Assembly (NCBI GenBank): GCA_964016885.1
Contig: OZ024743.1
Span: forward strand, 137,950,001-138,014,000
Direction: 5' to 3'
Length of the DNA stretch: 64,000 nucleotides
Origin: Eledone cirrhosa
Taxonomy: Eukaryota
This document shows positions 48,100 through 60,000 of this stretch, piece after piece (positions within the stretch are counted from its first letter, which is position 1; every line of letters starts with the position of its first letter). The notes below the pieces were generated by a model that searched no databases, had not been told where the DNA came from, and was given only the letters and a program-made list of their open reading frames with translations. A program made the position numbers and the translations under genes.

Positions 48100-51000
48100 G
48101 TTTGGTGCTTGCTGCTTGCTGCTTGGGTTTTGGTGCTTGGTGATTGGTGCTTGGTTTTTTGCGCTTGGTGCTTGGTGTTTGGTGTTTGGTGTTTGGTGCT
48201 TGGTGCTTGGTGCTTGGTGCTTGGTGTTTGGTGCTGCGTGCTTGGTGTTTGGTGTCTGGAGTTTGGTGCTTGGTGCTTGGTGCCTGGTGTTTCGTGCTTG
48301 GTGCTTGGTGCTTGGTGTTTGGTGTTTGGTGCTTGGTGTTTGGTGTTTGGTACTTGGTGTTTGGTGCTTGGTGCCTGGTGCTTGGTGTTTGGTGCTTGGT
48401 GCTTGGTGTTTGGTGATTGGTGCTTGGTGTTTGGTGATTGGTGCTTGATGCTTGGTGCTTGGTGTTTCGTGCTTGGTGTCTAGTGTTTGGGTTTTGGTGT
48501 TTGGTGCTTGGTGCTTAGTGTTTGGTGTTTGTGCTTGGTGGTTGGTGTTTGGTGTTTGGTGCTTGGTGTTTGGTGCTTGGTGCATAGTGCCTGCTGTTTG
48601 GTGCTGGGTGTATGGTGTTTGGTGCTTGGTGCTTGGTGCTTGGTGTTTGGTGTTTGGTGCTTGGTGTTTGATGCTTGTTGCTTGGTGCTTGATGTTTTGT
48701 GTTTGGTGTTTGGTGCTTGGTGTATGTACTTGGTGCTTGGTGCTTGGTGTTTGGTGCTTGGTTCTTGGTGCTTGGTGCTTGGTGCTTGGTGTTTGGTGCT
48801 TGGTGCTTGGTGTTTGGTGCTTGGTGTTTGGTGTTTGGTGCTTGGTGTTTGGTACTTGGTGCTTGGTGCTTGGTGTTAAGTGTTTGGTGCTTGGTGTTTG
48901 GTGCTTCGTGCTTGGTGCTTGGTGTTTGGTGGATGGTGCTTGGTGTTTGGGGCTTGGTGCCTGGTGCTTTGTGTTTGGTGCTAGGTGCTTGGTGCTTGGT
49001 CTTTGGTGTTTGGTGCTTGCTGCTTGCTGCTTGGGTTTTGGTGCTTGGTGATTGGTGCTTGGTGTTTTGCGCTTGGTGCTTGGTGTTTGGTGTTTGGTGT
49101 TTGGTGCTTGGTGCTTGGTGCTTGGTGCTTGGTGTTTGGTGCTGCGTGCTTGGTGTTTGGTGTCTGGAGTTTGGTGCTTGGTGCTTGGTGCCTGGTGTTT
49201 CGTGCTTGGTGCTTGGTGCTTGGTGTTTGGTGTTTGGTGCTTGGTGTTTGGTGTTTGGTACTTGGTGTTTGGTGCTTGGTGCCTGGTGCTTGGTGTTTGG
49301 TGCTTGGTGCTTGGTGTTTGGTGATTGGTGCTTGGTGTTTGGTGATTGGTGCTTGATGCTTGGTGCTTGGTGTTAGGTGTTTGGTGCTTGGTGCTTGGTG
49401 TTTGATGTTTGGTCCTTGGTGCTTGGTGTTTGGTGTTTGGTGCTTGGTGCTTGTTGTTTGGTGTTTGGTGCTTGCTGCTTGCTGCTTGGTGTTTGTTGCT
49501 TGGTGTTTTGTGCTTGATGCTTGGTGTTTGTTGTTTGGTGCTAGGGGCTTAGTGCTTGGTGCTTGGTGTTTTGTGCTTGGTGCTTGCTGTTTGGTGTTTG
49601 GTGCTTGGTGCGTGGGACTTAGTGTTTGGTGTTTGGTGCTTGGTGTTTGGTGCTTGGTGTTTGGTGCTTGGTGTTTGGGGCTTGGTGTTCGGTGCTTGGT
49701 GCCTGGTGCTTGGGGCTTGGTGTTTGGTGTTTGGTGCTTGGTGCTTGGTGTTTGATGTTGGGTGCTTGGTGCTTGGTGTTTGGTGTTTGGTGCTTGGTGT
49801 TTGGTGTTTGGTGCTTGGTGCTTGGTGTTGGTGTTTGGTGCTTGGTGCTTGGGGATTGGTGTTTGGTGCTTGGTGCTTGGTGTTTGGTGTTTGGTGCTTG
49901 GTGCTTGGGGCTTGGTGTTTGGTGCTTGGTGCTTTGTGCTTGGTGTTTAGTGTTTGGTGTTTGGTGCTTGGTGTTTGGTGCTTGGTGCTTGGTGCTGGGT
50001 GGTTGGTGTTTGGTGCTTGGTGCTTGGTGTTTGGTGCTTGGTGCTTGGTGCTTGTCGTTTGGTACTTGGTGCTTGGTGCTTGGTCTTTGGTGCTTGGAGT
50101 TTGGTGGTTGGTGCTTGGTGCTTGGTGTTTGGTGTTTGGTGTTTGCTGTTTGGTGTCTGCTTTTTGGTATTTAGTGTTTGGTGTATGGTGTTTGCTGTTT
50201 CGTATTTGGTGCTTGGTGTTTCGTGCTTGGTGTCTAGTGTTTGGGTTTTGGTGTTTGGTGCTTGGTGCTTAGTGTTTGGTGTTTGTGCTTGGTGGTTGGT
50301 GTTTGGTGTTTGGTGCTTGGTGTTTGGTGCTTGGTGCATAGTGCCTGCTGTTTGGTGCTGGGTGTATGGTGTTTGGTGCTTGGTGCTTGGTGCTTGGTGT
50401 TTGGTGTTTGGTGCTTGGTGTTTGATGCTTGTTGCTTGGTGCTTGATGTTTTGTGTTTGGTGTTTGGTGCTTGGTGTATGTACTTGGTGCTTGGTGCTTG
50501 GTGTTTGGTGCTTGGTTCTTGGTGCTTGGTGCTTGGTGCTTGGTGTTTGGTGCTTGGTGCTTGGTGTTTGGTGCTTGGTGTTTGGTGTTTGGTGCTTGGT
50601 GTTTGGTACTTGGTGCTTGGTGCTTGGTGTTAAGTGTTTGGTGCTTGGTGTTTGGTGCTTCGTGCTTGGTGCTTGGTGTTTGGTGGATGGTGCTTGGTGT
50701 TTGGGGCTTGGTGCCTGGTGCTTTGTGTTTGGTGCTAGGTGCTTGGTGCTTGGTCTTTGGTGTTTGGTGCTTGGTGCTTGGTGCTTGGTGTTTGGTGCTT
50801 GGTGCTTGGTGCTTGGTTATTAGTGTTTGGTGCTTGGTGCTTGGGGTTTGGTGTTTGGTGCTTGGTGCTTTGTGTTTGGTGTTTGCTGTATGGTGTTTGC
50901 TGTTTCGTGTTTGGTGTTTGCTGTTTGGTGTTTAATGCTTGGTGCTTGGAGCTTGGTGTTTGGTGCTTGGTGCTTGGTGCTTGGTGCTTGGCGTTTGCTC

Positions 51001-54000
51001 TTTGCTGTTTGGTGTTTGGTGCTTGCTGTTTGGTGTTTGGTGTTTGGTGTTTGGTGTTTGGTGCTTGCTGTTTGGTGCTTGGTGCTTGGTGTTTGGTCTT
51101 TGGTGTTTGGTGCTTGGTGCTTGGTGTTTGGTGCTTGGTGCTGGGTGTTTGGTGCTTGGTGCTTGGTGTTTGGTGCTTGGTGCTTGATGCTTGGTGCTTG
51201 GTGTTTGGGCCTTGGTGCTTGGTGCTTGGTCTTTGGTGCTTGGGGTTTGGTGTTTGGTGCTTGGTGCTTGGTGTTTGGTGCTTGGTGCTTGGTGCTTGGT
51301 GTTTGGTGTTTGGTGCTTGCTGTTTGGTGCTTGGTGTTTGGTGCTTGGCACTTGGTGATTAGTGTTTGGTGCATGGTGCTTGGTGTTTGTTGTTTGGTGC
51401 TTGGTGCTTGGTGTTTGGTGCTTGGTGCTTGCTGTTTGGTGTTTGGTGTTTGGTGCTTGGTGCTTGGTGCTTGGTGTTTGGTGTTTGGTGTTTGGTGTTT
51501 GGTGTTTGGTGCTTGGTGCTTGGTGTTTGGAGCTTGGTGTTTGGTGCTTGGTGTATGTACTTGGTGCTTGGTGCTTGGTGTTTGGTGCTTGGTTCTTGGT
51601 GTTTGGTGCTTGGTGCTTGGTGCTTGGTGTTTGGTGCTTGGTGCTTGGTGTTTGGTACTTGGTGCTTGGTGTTTGGTGTTTGGTGCTTGGTGTTTGGTGC
51701 TTGGTGCTTGGTGCTTGGTGTTAAGTGTTTGGTGCTTGGTGCTTGGTGTTTGGTGCTTCGTGCTTGGTGCTTGGTGTTTGGTGCATGGTGCTTGATGTTT
51801 GGGGCTTGGTGCCTGGTGCTTGGTGTTTGGTGCTTGGTGCTTGGTGCTTGGTGTTTGGTGTTTGCTGCTTGGTGCTTGGTGTTTGGTGCTTGGTGTTTGG
51901 TGCTTGGTGTTCGGTGCTTGGTGCTTGGTGCTTGGTACTTGGTGTTAGGTTTTTGGTGCTTGGGGCTTGGTGTTTGGTGCTTGGTGCTTGGTGCTTGGTG
52001 CTTGGTGTTAGGTGTTTGGTGCTTGGTGCTTGGTGTTTGATGTTTGGTCCTTGGTGCCTGGTGTTTGGTGTTTGGTGCTTGGTGCTTGGTGTTTGGTGTT
52101 TGTTGCTTGCTGCTTGGTGCTTGGTGTTTTGTGTTTGGAGTTTGGTGCTTGGTGTTTGGTGCTTCGGTCTTAGTGCTTGGTGTTTGGTGCTTGGTGTTTG
52201 GTGCTTGGTGCTTGGTGCCTGGTGCTTGGTGTTAGGTGTTTGGTGCTTGGTGCTTGGTGTTTGATGTTTGGTCCTTGGTGCTTGGTGTTTGGTGTTTGGT
52301 GCTTGGTGTTTGGTGTTTGGTGTTTGGTGCTTGGTGCTTGGTGTTTGGTGCTTGCCGCTTGCTGCTTGGGTTTTGGTGCTTGGTGATTGGTGCTTGGTGT
52401 TTTGCGCTTGGTGCTTGGTGTTTGGTGTTAGGTGTTTGGTGCTTGGTGCTTGGTGCTTGGTGCTTGGTGTTTGGTGCTGCGTGCTTGGTGTTTGGTGTCT
52501 GGAGTTTGGTGCTTGGTGCTTAGTGCCTGGTGTTTCGTGCTTGGTGCTTGGTGCTTGGTGTTTGGTGTTTGGTGCTTGGTGTTTGGTGTTTGGTACTTGG
52601 TGTTTGGTGCTTGGTGCCTGGTGCTTGGTGTTTGGTGCTTGGTGCTTAGTGTTTGGTGATTGGTGCTTGGTGTTTGGTGATTGGTGCTTGATGCTTGGTG
52701 CTTGGTGTTAGGTGTTTGGTGCTTGGTGCTTGGTGTTTGATGTTTGGTCCTTGGTGATTGGTGTTTGGTGTTTGGTGCTTGGTGCTTGTTGTTTGGTGTT
52801 TGGTGCTTGCTGCTTGCTGCTTGGTGTTTGTTGCTTGGTGTTTTGTGCTTGATGCTTGGTGTTTGTTGTTTGGTGCTAGGGGCTTAGTGCTTGGTGCTTG
52901 GTGTTTGGTGCTTGGTGCTTGCTGTTTGGTGTTTGGTGCTTGGTGCGTGGGACTTAGTGTTTGGTGTTTGGTGCTTGGTCTTTGGTGCTTGGTGTTTGGT
53001 GCTTGGTGTTTGGGGCTTGGTGTTCGGTGCTTGGTGCCTGGTGCTTGGGGCTTGGTGTTTGGTGTTTGGTGCTTGGTGCTTGGTGTTTGATGTTGGGTCC
53101 TTGGTGCTTGGTGTTTGGTGTTTGGTGCTTGGTGTTTGGTGTTTGGTGCTTGGTGCTTGGTGTTGGTGTTTGGTGCTTGGTGCTTGGGGCTTGGTGTTTG
53201 GTGCTTGGTGCTTGGTGTTTGGTGTTTGGTGCTTGGTGCTTGGGGCTTGGTGTTTGGTGCTTGGTGCTTTGTGCTTGGTGTTTAGTGTTTGGTGTTTGGT
53301 GCTTGGTGTTTGGTGCTTGGTGCTTGGTGCTGGGTGGTTGGTGTTTGGTGCTTGGTGCTTGGTGTTTGGTGCTTGGTGCTTGGTGCTTGTTGTTTGGTGC
53401 TTGGTGCTTGGTGCTTGGTCTTTGGTGCTTGGAGTTTGGTGGTTGGTGCTTGGTGCTTGGTGTTTGGTGTTTGGTGTTTGCTGTTTGGTGTCTGCTTTTT
53501 GGTATTTAGTGTTTGCTGTATGGTGTTTGCTGTTTCGTATTTGGTGCTTGGTGTTTGGTGCTTGGTGCTTGGTGTTTGGCGTTTGGTGCTTGGTGCTTGG
53601 TGTTTGGTGCTTGGTGCTTGGTGTTTGGTGTTTGGTGCTTGGTGCCTGGTGCTTTTTGTTTGGTGTTTGGTGCTTGGTGCTTGGTGTTTGGTCTTTAGTG
53701 CTTGGTGTCTGGTGTTTGGTGCTTGGTGTTTGGTGTTTGGTGCTTGGTGCTTGGTGTTGGTGTTTGGTGTTTGGTGCTTGGTGCTTGGTGTTTGGTGTTT
53801 GGTGCTGGGTGCTTGGAGTTTGGTGCTTGGTGTTTGGTGCTTAGTGCTTGGTGTTTGGTGTTTGGTGTTTGGTGTTTGTTGTTTGGTGTTTGACGCTTGG
53901 TTTTTGCTGCTTGTTGCTTGGTGCTTGGTGCTTGGTGTTCTGTGTTTGGTGCTCGGTGCTTGGTGCCTGGTGCTTGGTGCTTGGTGCTTGTTGTTTGGTG

Positions 54001-57000
54001 CTTGGTGCTTGGTGATTAGTGTTTGGTTCTTGGTGTCTAGTGTTTGGGTTTTGGTGTTTGGTGCTTGGTGCTTAGTGTTTGGTGTTTGTGCTTGGTGCTT
54101 GGTGTTTGGTGTTTGGTGCTTGGTGTTTGGTGCTTGGTGCTTTGTGCCTGCTGTTTGGTGCTAGGTGTATGGTGTTTGGTGCTTGGTGCTTGGTGTTTGG
54201 TGTTTGGTGTTTGGTGTATGGTGTTTGATGCTTGTTGCTTGGTGCTTGATGTTTTGTGTTTGGTGTTTGGTGCTTGGTGTATGTACTTGGTGCTTGGTGC
54301 TTGGTGTTTGGTGTTTGGTTCTTGGTGCTTGGTGCTTGGTGCTTGGTGCTTGGTGTTTGGTGCTTGGTGCTTGGTGTTTGGTGCTTGGTGTTTGGTGTTT
54401 GGTGCTTGGTGTTTGGTACTTGGTGCTTGGTGCTTGGTGTTAAGTGTTTGGTGCTTGGTGTTTGGTGCTTCGTGCTTGGTGCTTGGTGTTTGGTGGATGG
54501 TGCTTGGTGTTTGGGGCTTGGTGCCTGGTGCTTTGTGTTTGGTGCTAGGTGCTTGGTGCTTGGTCTTTGGTGTTTGGTGCTTGGTGCTTGGTGCTTGGTG
54601 CTTGGTGCTTGGTGTTTGGTGCTTGGTGCTTGGTGCTTGGTGCTTGGCGTTTGCTCTTTGCTGTTTGGTGTTTGGTGCTTGCTGTTTGGTGTTTGGTGTT
54701 TGGTGTTTGGTGTTTGGTGCTTGCTGTTTGGTGCTTGGTGCTTGGTGTTTGGTCTTTGGTGTTTGGTGCTTGGTGCTTGGCGTTTGGTGCTTGGTGCTTG
54801 GTGCTGGGTGTTTGGTGCTTGGTGCTTGGTGTTTGGTGCTTGGTGCTTGATGCTTGGTGCTTGGTGTTTGGTCCTTGGTGCTTGGTGCTTGGTCTTTGGT
54901 GCTTGGGGTTTGGTGTTTGGTGCTTGGTGCTTGGTGTTTGGTGCTTGGTGCTTGGTGCTTGGTGCTTGGTGTTTGGTGCTTGGTGCTTGGTGATTAGTGT
55001 TTGGTGCATGGTGCTTGGTGTTTGTTGTTTGGTGCTTGGTGCTTGGTGTTTGGTGCTTGGTGCTTGCTGTTTGGTGTTTGGTGTTTGGTGCTTGGTGCTT
55101 GGTGTTTGGTGTTTGGTATTTGGTGTTTGGTGTTTGGTGCTTGGAGCTTGGTGTTTGGTGCTTGGTGCTTGGTGCTTGGTGCTTGGTGTTTGGTGCTTGG
55201 TTCTTGGTGTTTGGTGCTTGGTGCTTGGTGCTTGGTGTTTGGTGCTTGGTGCTTGGTGTTTGGTACTTGGTGCTTGGTGTTTGGTGTTTGGTGCTTGGTG
55301 TTTGGTGTTTGGTGCTTGGTGCTTGGTGTTAAGTGTTTGGTGCTTGGTGCTTGGTGTTTGGTGCTTCGTGCTTGGTGCTTGGTGTTTGGTGCATGGTGCT
55401 TGATGTTTGGGGCTTGGTGCCTGGTGCTTGGTGTTTGGTGCTTGGTGCTTGGTGCTTGGTGTTTGGTGTTTGGTGCTTGGTGCTTGGTGTTTGGTGCTTG
55501 GTGTTTGGTGCTTGGTGTTCGGTGCTTGGTGCTTGGTGCTTGGTACTTGGTGTTAGGTTTTTGGTGCTTGGGGCTTGGTGTTTCATGTTTGGTCCTTGGC
55601 GCTTGGTGTTTGGTGTTTGGTGCTTGGTGCTTGGTGTTTCGTGTTTGGTGCTTGCTGCTTGCTGCTTGGTGTTTGGTGCTTGGTGATTGGTGCTTGGTGT
55701 TTGGTGCTTGGTGGTTGGTGCTTGGTGTTTGGTGTTTGGTTCTAGGTGCTTGGTGCTTGGTGTTTGGTGCTTGGTGCTTGGTGTTTGGTGTTTGGTGCTT
55801 GGTGCTTGGGGCTTGGTGTTTGGTGCTTGCTGCTTGGTGTTTGGTGCTTGCTGCTTGGTGTTTGGTGTTTGGTGTTTGGTGCTTGGTGTTTGGTGCTTGG
55901 TGCTTGGTGCTGGGTGGTTGATGTTTGGTGCTTGGTGCTTGGTGTTTGGTGCTTGGTGCTTGGTGCTTATTGTTTGGTGCTTGGTGCTTGGTGCTTGGTG
56001 CTTGGTCTTTGGTGCTTGGTGTTTGGTGTTTGGTGTTTGGTGTTTGTGCTTGGTGCTTGGTGCTTGGTGTTTGGTGCTAGGTGCTTAACGCTTGGTGTTT
56101 GGTGCTTGGTGTTTTGTGCTTGGGGTTTGGTGTTTTGTGTTTGCTGTTTGGTGTATGCGGTTTGGTGTCTGCTTTTTGGTGTTTGGTGTTTGCTGTATGG
56201 TGTTTGCAGTTTTGTGTTTCGTGTTTGCTGTTTGGTGTTTGGTGCTTGGTGCTTGGTGCTTGGTGTTTGGTGCTTGGTGCTGGGTGTTTGGTGCTTGGTG
56301 CTTGGTGTTTGGTGCTTGGTGCTTGGTGTTTGGCGTTTGCGGTTTGCTGTTTGGTGTTTGGTGTTTGCTGTTTGGTGTTTGCTGTTTGGTGTTTGGTGCT
56401 TGGTGCTTGGTGGCTGGTGTTTGGTGCTTGGTGTTTGGATTTTGGTCCTTGGTGCTTGGTGCCTGGTGTTTCGTGCTTGGTGCTTGGTGCTTGGTGTTTG
56501 GTGTTTGGTGCTTGGTGTTTGGTGTTTGGTATTTGGTGCTTGGTGCTTGGTGCTTGGTGTTTGGTGCTTGGTGCTAGGTGCTTGGTGTTTGATGCTGCGT
56601 TCTTGGTGTTTGGTGTTTGGTGCTTGGTGCTTGGTGTTTGGTGATTGGAGCTTGGTGACTGGTGCTTGTTGTTTGGTGCCTGGTGCTTGTTGTTTGGTGT
56701 TTGGTGCTTGGTGCTTGGTGTTTGGTGCTTGGTGCTTGGTGCTTGGTGTTTGGTGCTTGGTGCTTGGTGTTTGGTGCTTGGTGCTTGGTGCTTGGTGCTT
56801 GGTGTTAGGTGTTTAGTGCTTGGTGCTTGGTGTTTGATGTTTGGTCCTTGGTGCTTGGTGTTTGGTGTTTGGTGCTTGGTGCTTGGTGTTTGGTGTTTGG
56901 TGCTTGGTGCTTGGTGCTTGGTGTTTTGTGTTTGGAGTATGGTGCTTGGTGTTTGGTGCTTCGGTCTTGGTGCTTGGTGTTTGGTGCTTGGTGTTTGGTG

Positions 57001-60000
57001 CTTGGTGCTTGGTGCCTGGTGCTTGGTGTTAGGTGTTTGGTGCTTGGTGCTTGGTGTTTGATGTTTGGTCCTTGGTGCTTGGTGTTTGGTGTTTGGTGCT
57101 TGGTGTGTGGTGTTTGTTGTTTGGTGCTTGGTGCTTGGTGTTTGGTGCTTGCTGCTTGCTGCTTGGGTTTTGGTGCTTGGTGATTGGTGCTTGGTGTTTT
57201 GCGCTTGGTGCTTGGTGTTTGGTGTTTGGTGTTTGGTGCTTGGTGCTTGGTGCTTGGTGTTTGGTGCTTGGTGTTTGGTGTTTGGTACTTGGTACTTGGT
57301 GTTTGGTGCTTGGTGCCTGGTGCTTGGTGTTTGGTGCTTGGTGCTTGGTGTTTGGTGATTGGTGCTTGGTGTTTGGTGATTGGTGCTTGATGCTTGGTGC
57401 TTGGTGTTAGGTGTTAGGTGCTTGGTGCTTGGTGTTTGATGTTTGGTCCTTGGTGCTTGGTGTTTGGTGTTTGGTGCTTGGTGCTTGTTGTTTGGTGTTT
57501 GGTGCTTGCTGCTTGCTGCCTGGTGTTTGTTGCTTGGTGTTTTGTGCTTGATGCTTGGTGTTTGTTGTTTGGTGCTAGGGGCTTAGTGCCTGGTGCTTGG
57601 TGTTTGGTGCTTGGTGCTTGCTGTTTGGTGTTTGGTGCTTGGTGCGTGGGACTTAGTGTTTGGTGTTTGGTGCTTGGTGTTTGGTGCTTGGTGTTTGGTG
57701 CTTGGTGTTTGGGGCTTGGTGTTCGGTGCTTGGTGCCTGGTGCTTGGGGCTTGGTCTTTGGTGTTTGGTGCTTGGTGCTTGGTGTTTGATGTTGGGTCCT
57801 TGGTGCTTGGTGTTTGGTGTTTGGTGCTTGGTGTTTGGTGTTTGGTGCTTGGTGCTTGGTGTTGGTGTTTGGTGCTTGGTGCTTGGGGCTTGGTGTTTGG
57901 TGCTTGGTGCTTGGTGTTTGGTGTTTGGTGCTTGGTGCTTGGGGCTTGGTGTTTGGTGCTTGGTGCTTTGTGCTTGGTGTTTAGTGTTTGGTGTTTGGTG
58001 CCTGGTGTTTGGTGCTTGGTGCTTGGTGCTGGGTGGTTGGTGTTTGGTGCTTGGTGCTTGGTGTTTGGTGTTTGGTGCTTGGTCCTTGGTGCTTGGTCTT
58101 TGGTGCTTGGAGTTTGGTGGTTGGTGCTTGGTGCATGGTGTTTGGTGTTTGGTGTTTGCTGTTTGGTGTCTGCTTTTTGGTATTTAGTGTTTGCTGTATG
58201 GTGTTTGCTGTTTCGTATTCGGTGCTTGGTGTTTGGTGCTTGGTGCTTGGTGTTTGGCGTTTGGTGCTTGGTGCTTGGTGTTTGGTGCTTGGTGCTTGGT
58301 GTTTGGTGTTTGGTGCTTGGTGCCTGGTGCTTGTTGTTTGGTGTTTGGTGCTTGGTGCTTGGTGTTTGGTGTTTGGTGCTTGGTGTCTGGTGTTTGGTGC
58401 TTGGTGTTTGGTGTTTGGTGCTTGGTGCTTGGTGTTGGTGTTTGGTGTTTGGTGCTTGGTGCTTGGTGTTTGGTATTTGGTGCTGGGTGCTTGGAGTTTG
58501 GTGCTTGGTGTTTGGTGCTTAGTGCTTGGTGTTTGGTGTTTGGTGCTTGCTGTTTGGTGTTTGGTGTTTGATGCTTGGTTTTTGCTGCTTGTTGCTTGGT
58601 GCTTGGTGCTTGGTGTTCTGTGTTTGGTGCTTGGTGCTTGGTGCCTGGTGCTTGGTGCTTGGTGCTTGTTGTTTGGTGCTTGGTGCTTGGTGATTAGTGT
58701 TTGGTGCTTGGTGCTTGGTGTTTGGTGTTTCGTGTTTCGTGCTTGGTGTCTAGTGTTTGGGTTTTGGTGTTTGGTGCTTGGTGCTTAGTGTTTGGTGTTT
58801 GTGCTTGGTGCTTGGTGTTTGGTGTTTGATGCTTGGTATTTGGTGCTTGGTGCTTTGTGCTTGCTGTTTGGTGCTGGGTGTATGGTGTTTGGTGCTTGGT
58901 GCTTGGTGCTTGGTGTTTGGTGTTTGGTGCTTGGTACTTGGTGTTTGGTGTTTGATGCTTGGTGTTTGATGCTCGCTGCTTGGTGCTTGATGTTTTGTGT
59001 TTGGTGTTTGGTGCTTGGTGTATATACTTGGTGCTTGGTGCTTGGTGTTTGGTGCTTGGTTCTTGGTGCTTGGTGCTTGGTGCTTGGTGTTTGGTGCTTG
59101 GTGCTTGGTGTTTGGTGCTTGGTGTTTGGTGTTTGGTGCTTGGTGTTTGGTACTTGGTGCTTGGTGCTTGGTGTTAAGTGTTTGGTGCTTGGTGCTTGGT
59201 GTTTGGTGCTTCGTGCTTGGTGCTTGGTGTTTGGTGGATGGTGCTTGGTGTTTGGGGCTTGGTGCCTGGTGCTTTGTGTTTGGTGCTAGGTGATTGGTGC
59301 TTGGTCTTCGGTGTTTGGTGTTTGGTGCTTGGTGCTTGGTGTTTGGTGCTTGGTGCTTGGTGCTTGGTTATTAGTGTTTGGTGCTTGGTGCTTGGGGTTT
59401 GGTGTTTCGTGCTTGGTGCTTTGTGTTTGGTGTTTGCTGTATGGTGTTTGCTGTTTCGTGTTTGGTGTTTGCTGTTTGGTGTTTAATGCTTGGTGCTTGG
59501 TGCTTGGTGTTTGGTGCTTGGTGCTTGGTGCTTGGTGTTTGGCGTTTGCTCTTTGCTGTTTGGTGTTTGGTGCTTGCTGTTTGGTGTTTGGTGTTTGGTG
59601 TTTGGTGTTTGGTGCTTGCTGTTTGGTGCTTGCTGCTTGGTGTTTGGTGTTTGGTGCTTGGTGTGTGGTGTTAAGTGTTTGGTGCTTGGTGCTTGGTGTT
59701 TGGTGCTTCGTGCTTGGTGCTTGGTGTTTGGTGCATGGTGCTTGGTGTTTGGCGCTTGGTGCCTGGTGCTTTGTGTTTGGTGCTAGGTGCTTGGTGCTTG
59801 GTGTTTGGTGCTTGGTGCTTGGTGCTTGGTTATTAGTGTTTGGTGCTTGGTGCTTGGGGTTTGGTGTTTGGTGCTTGGTGCTTGGTGTTTGGTGTTTGCT
59901 GTATGGTGTTTGCTGTTTCGTGTTTGGTGTTTGCTGTTTGGTGTTTAATGCTTGGTGCTTGGTGCTTGGTGTTTGGTGCTTGGTGCTTGGTGCTTGGTGT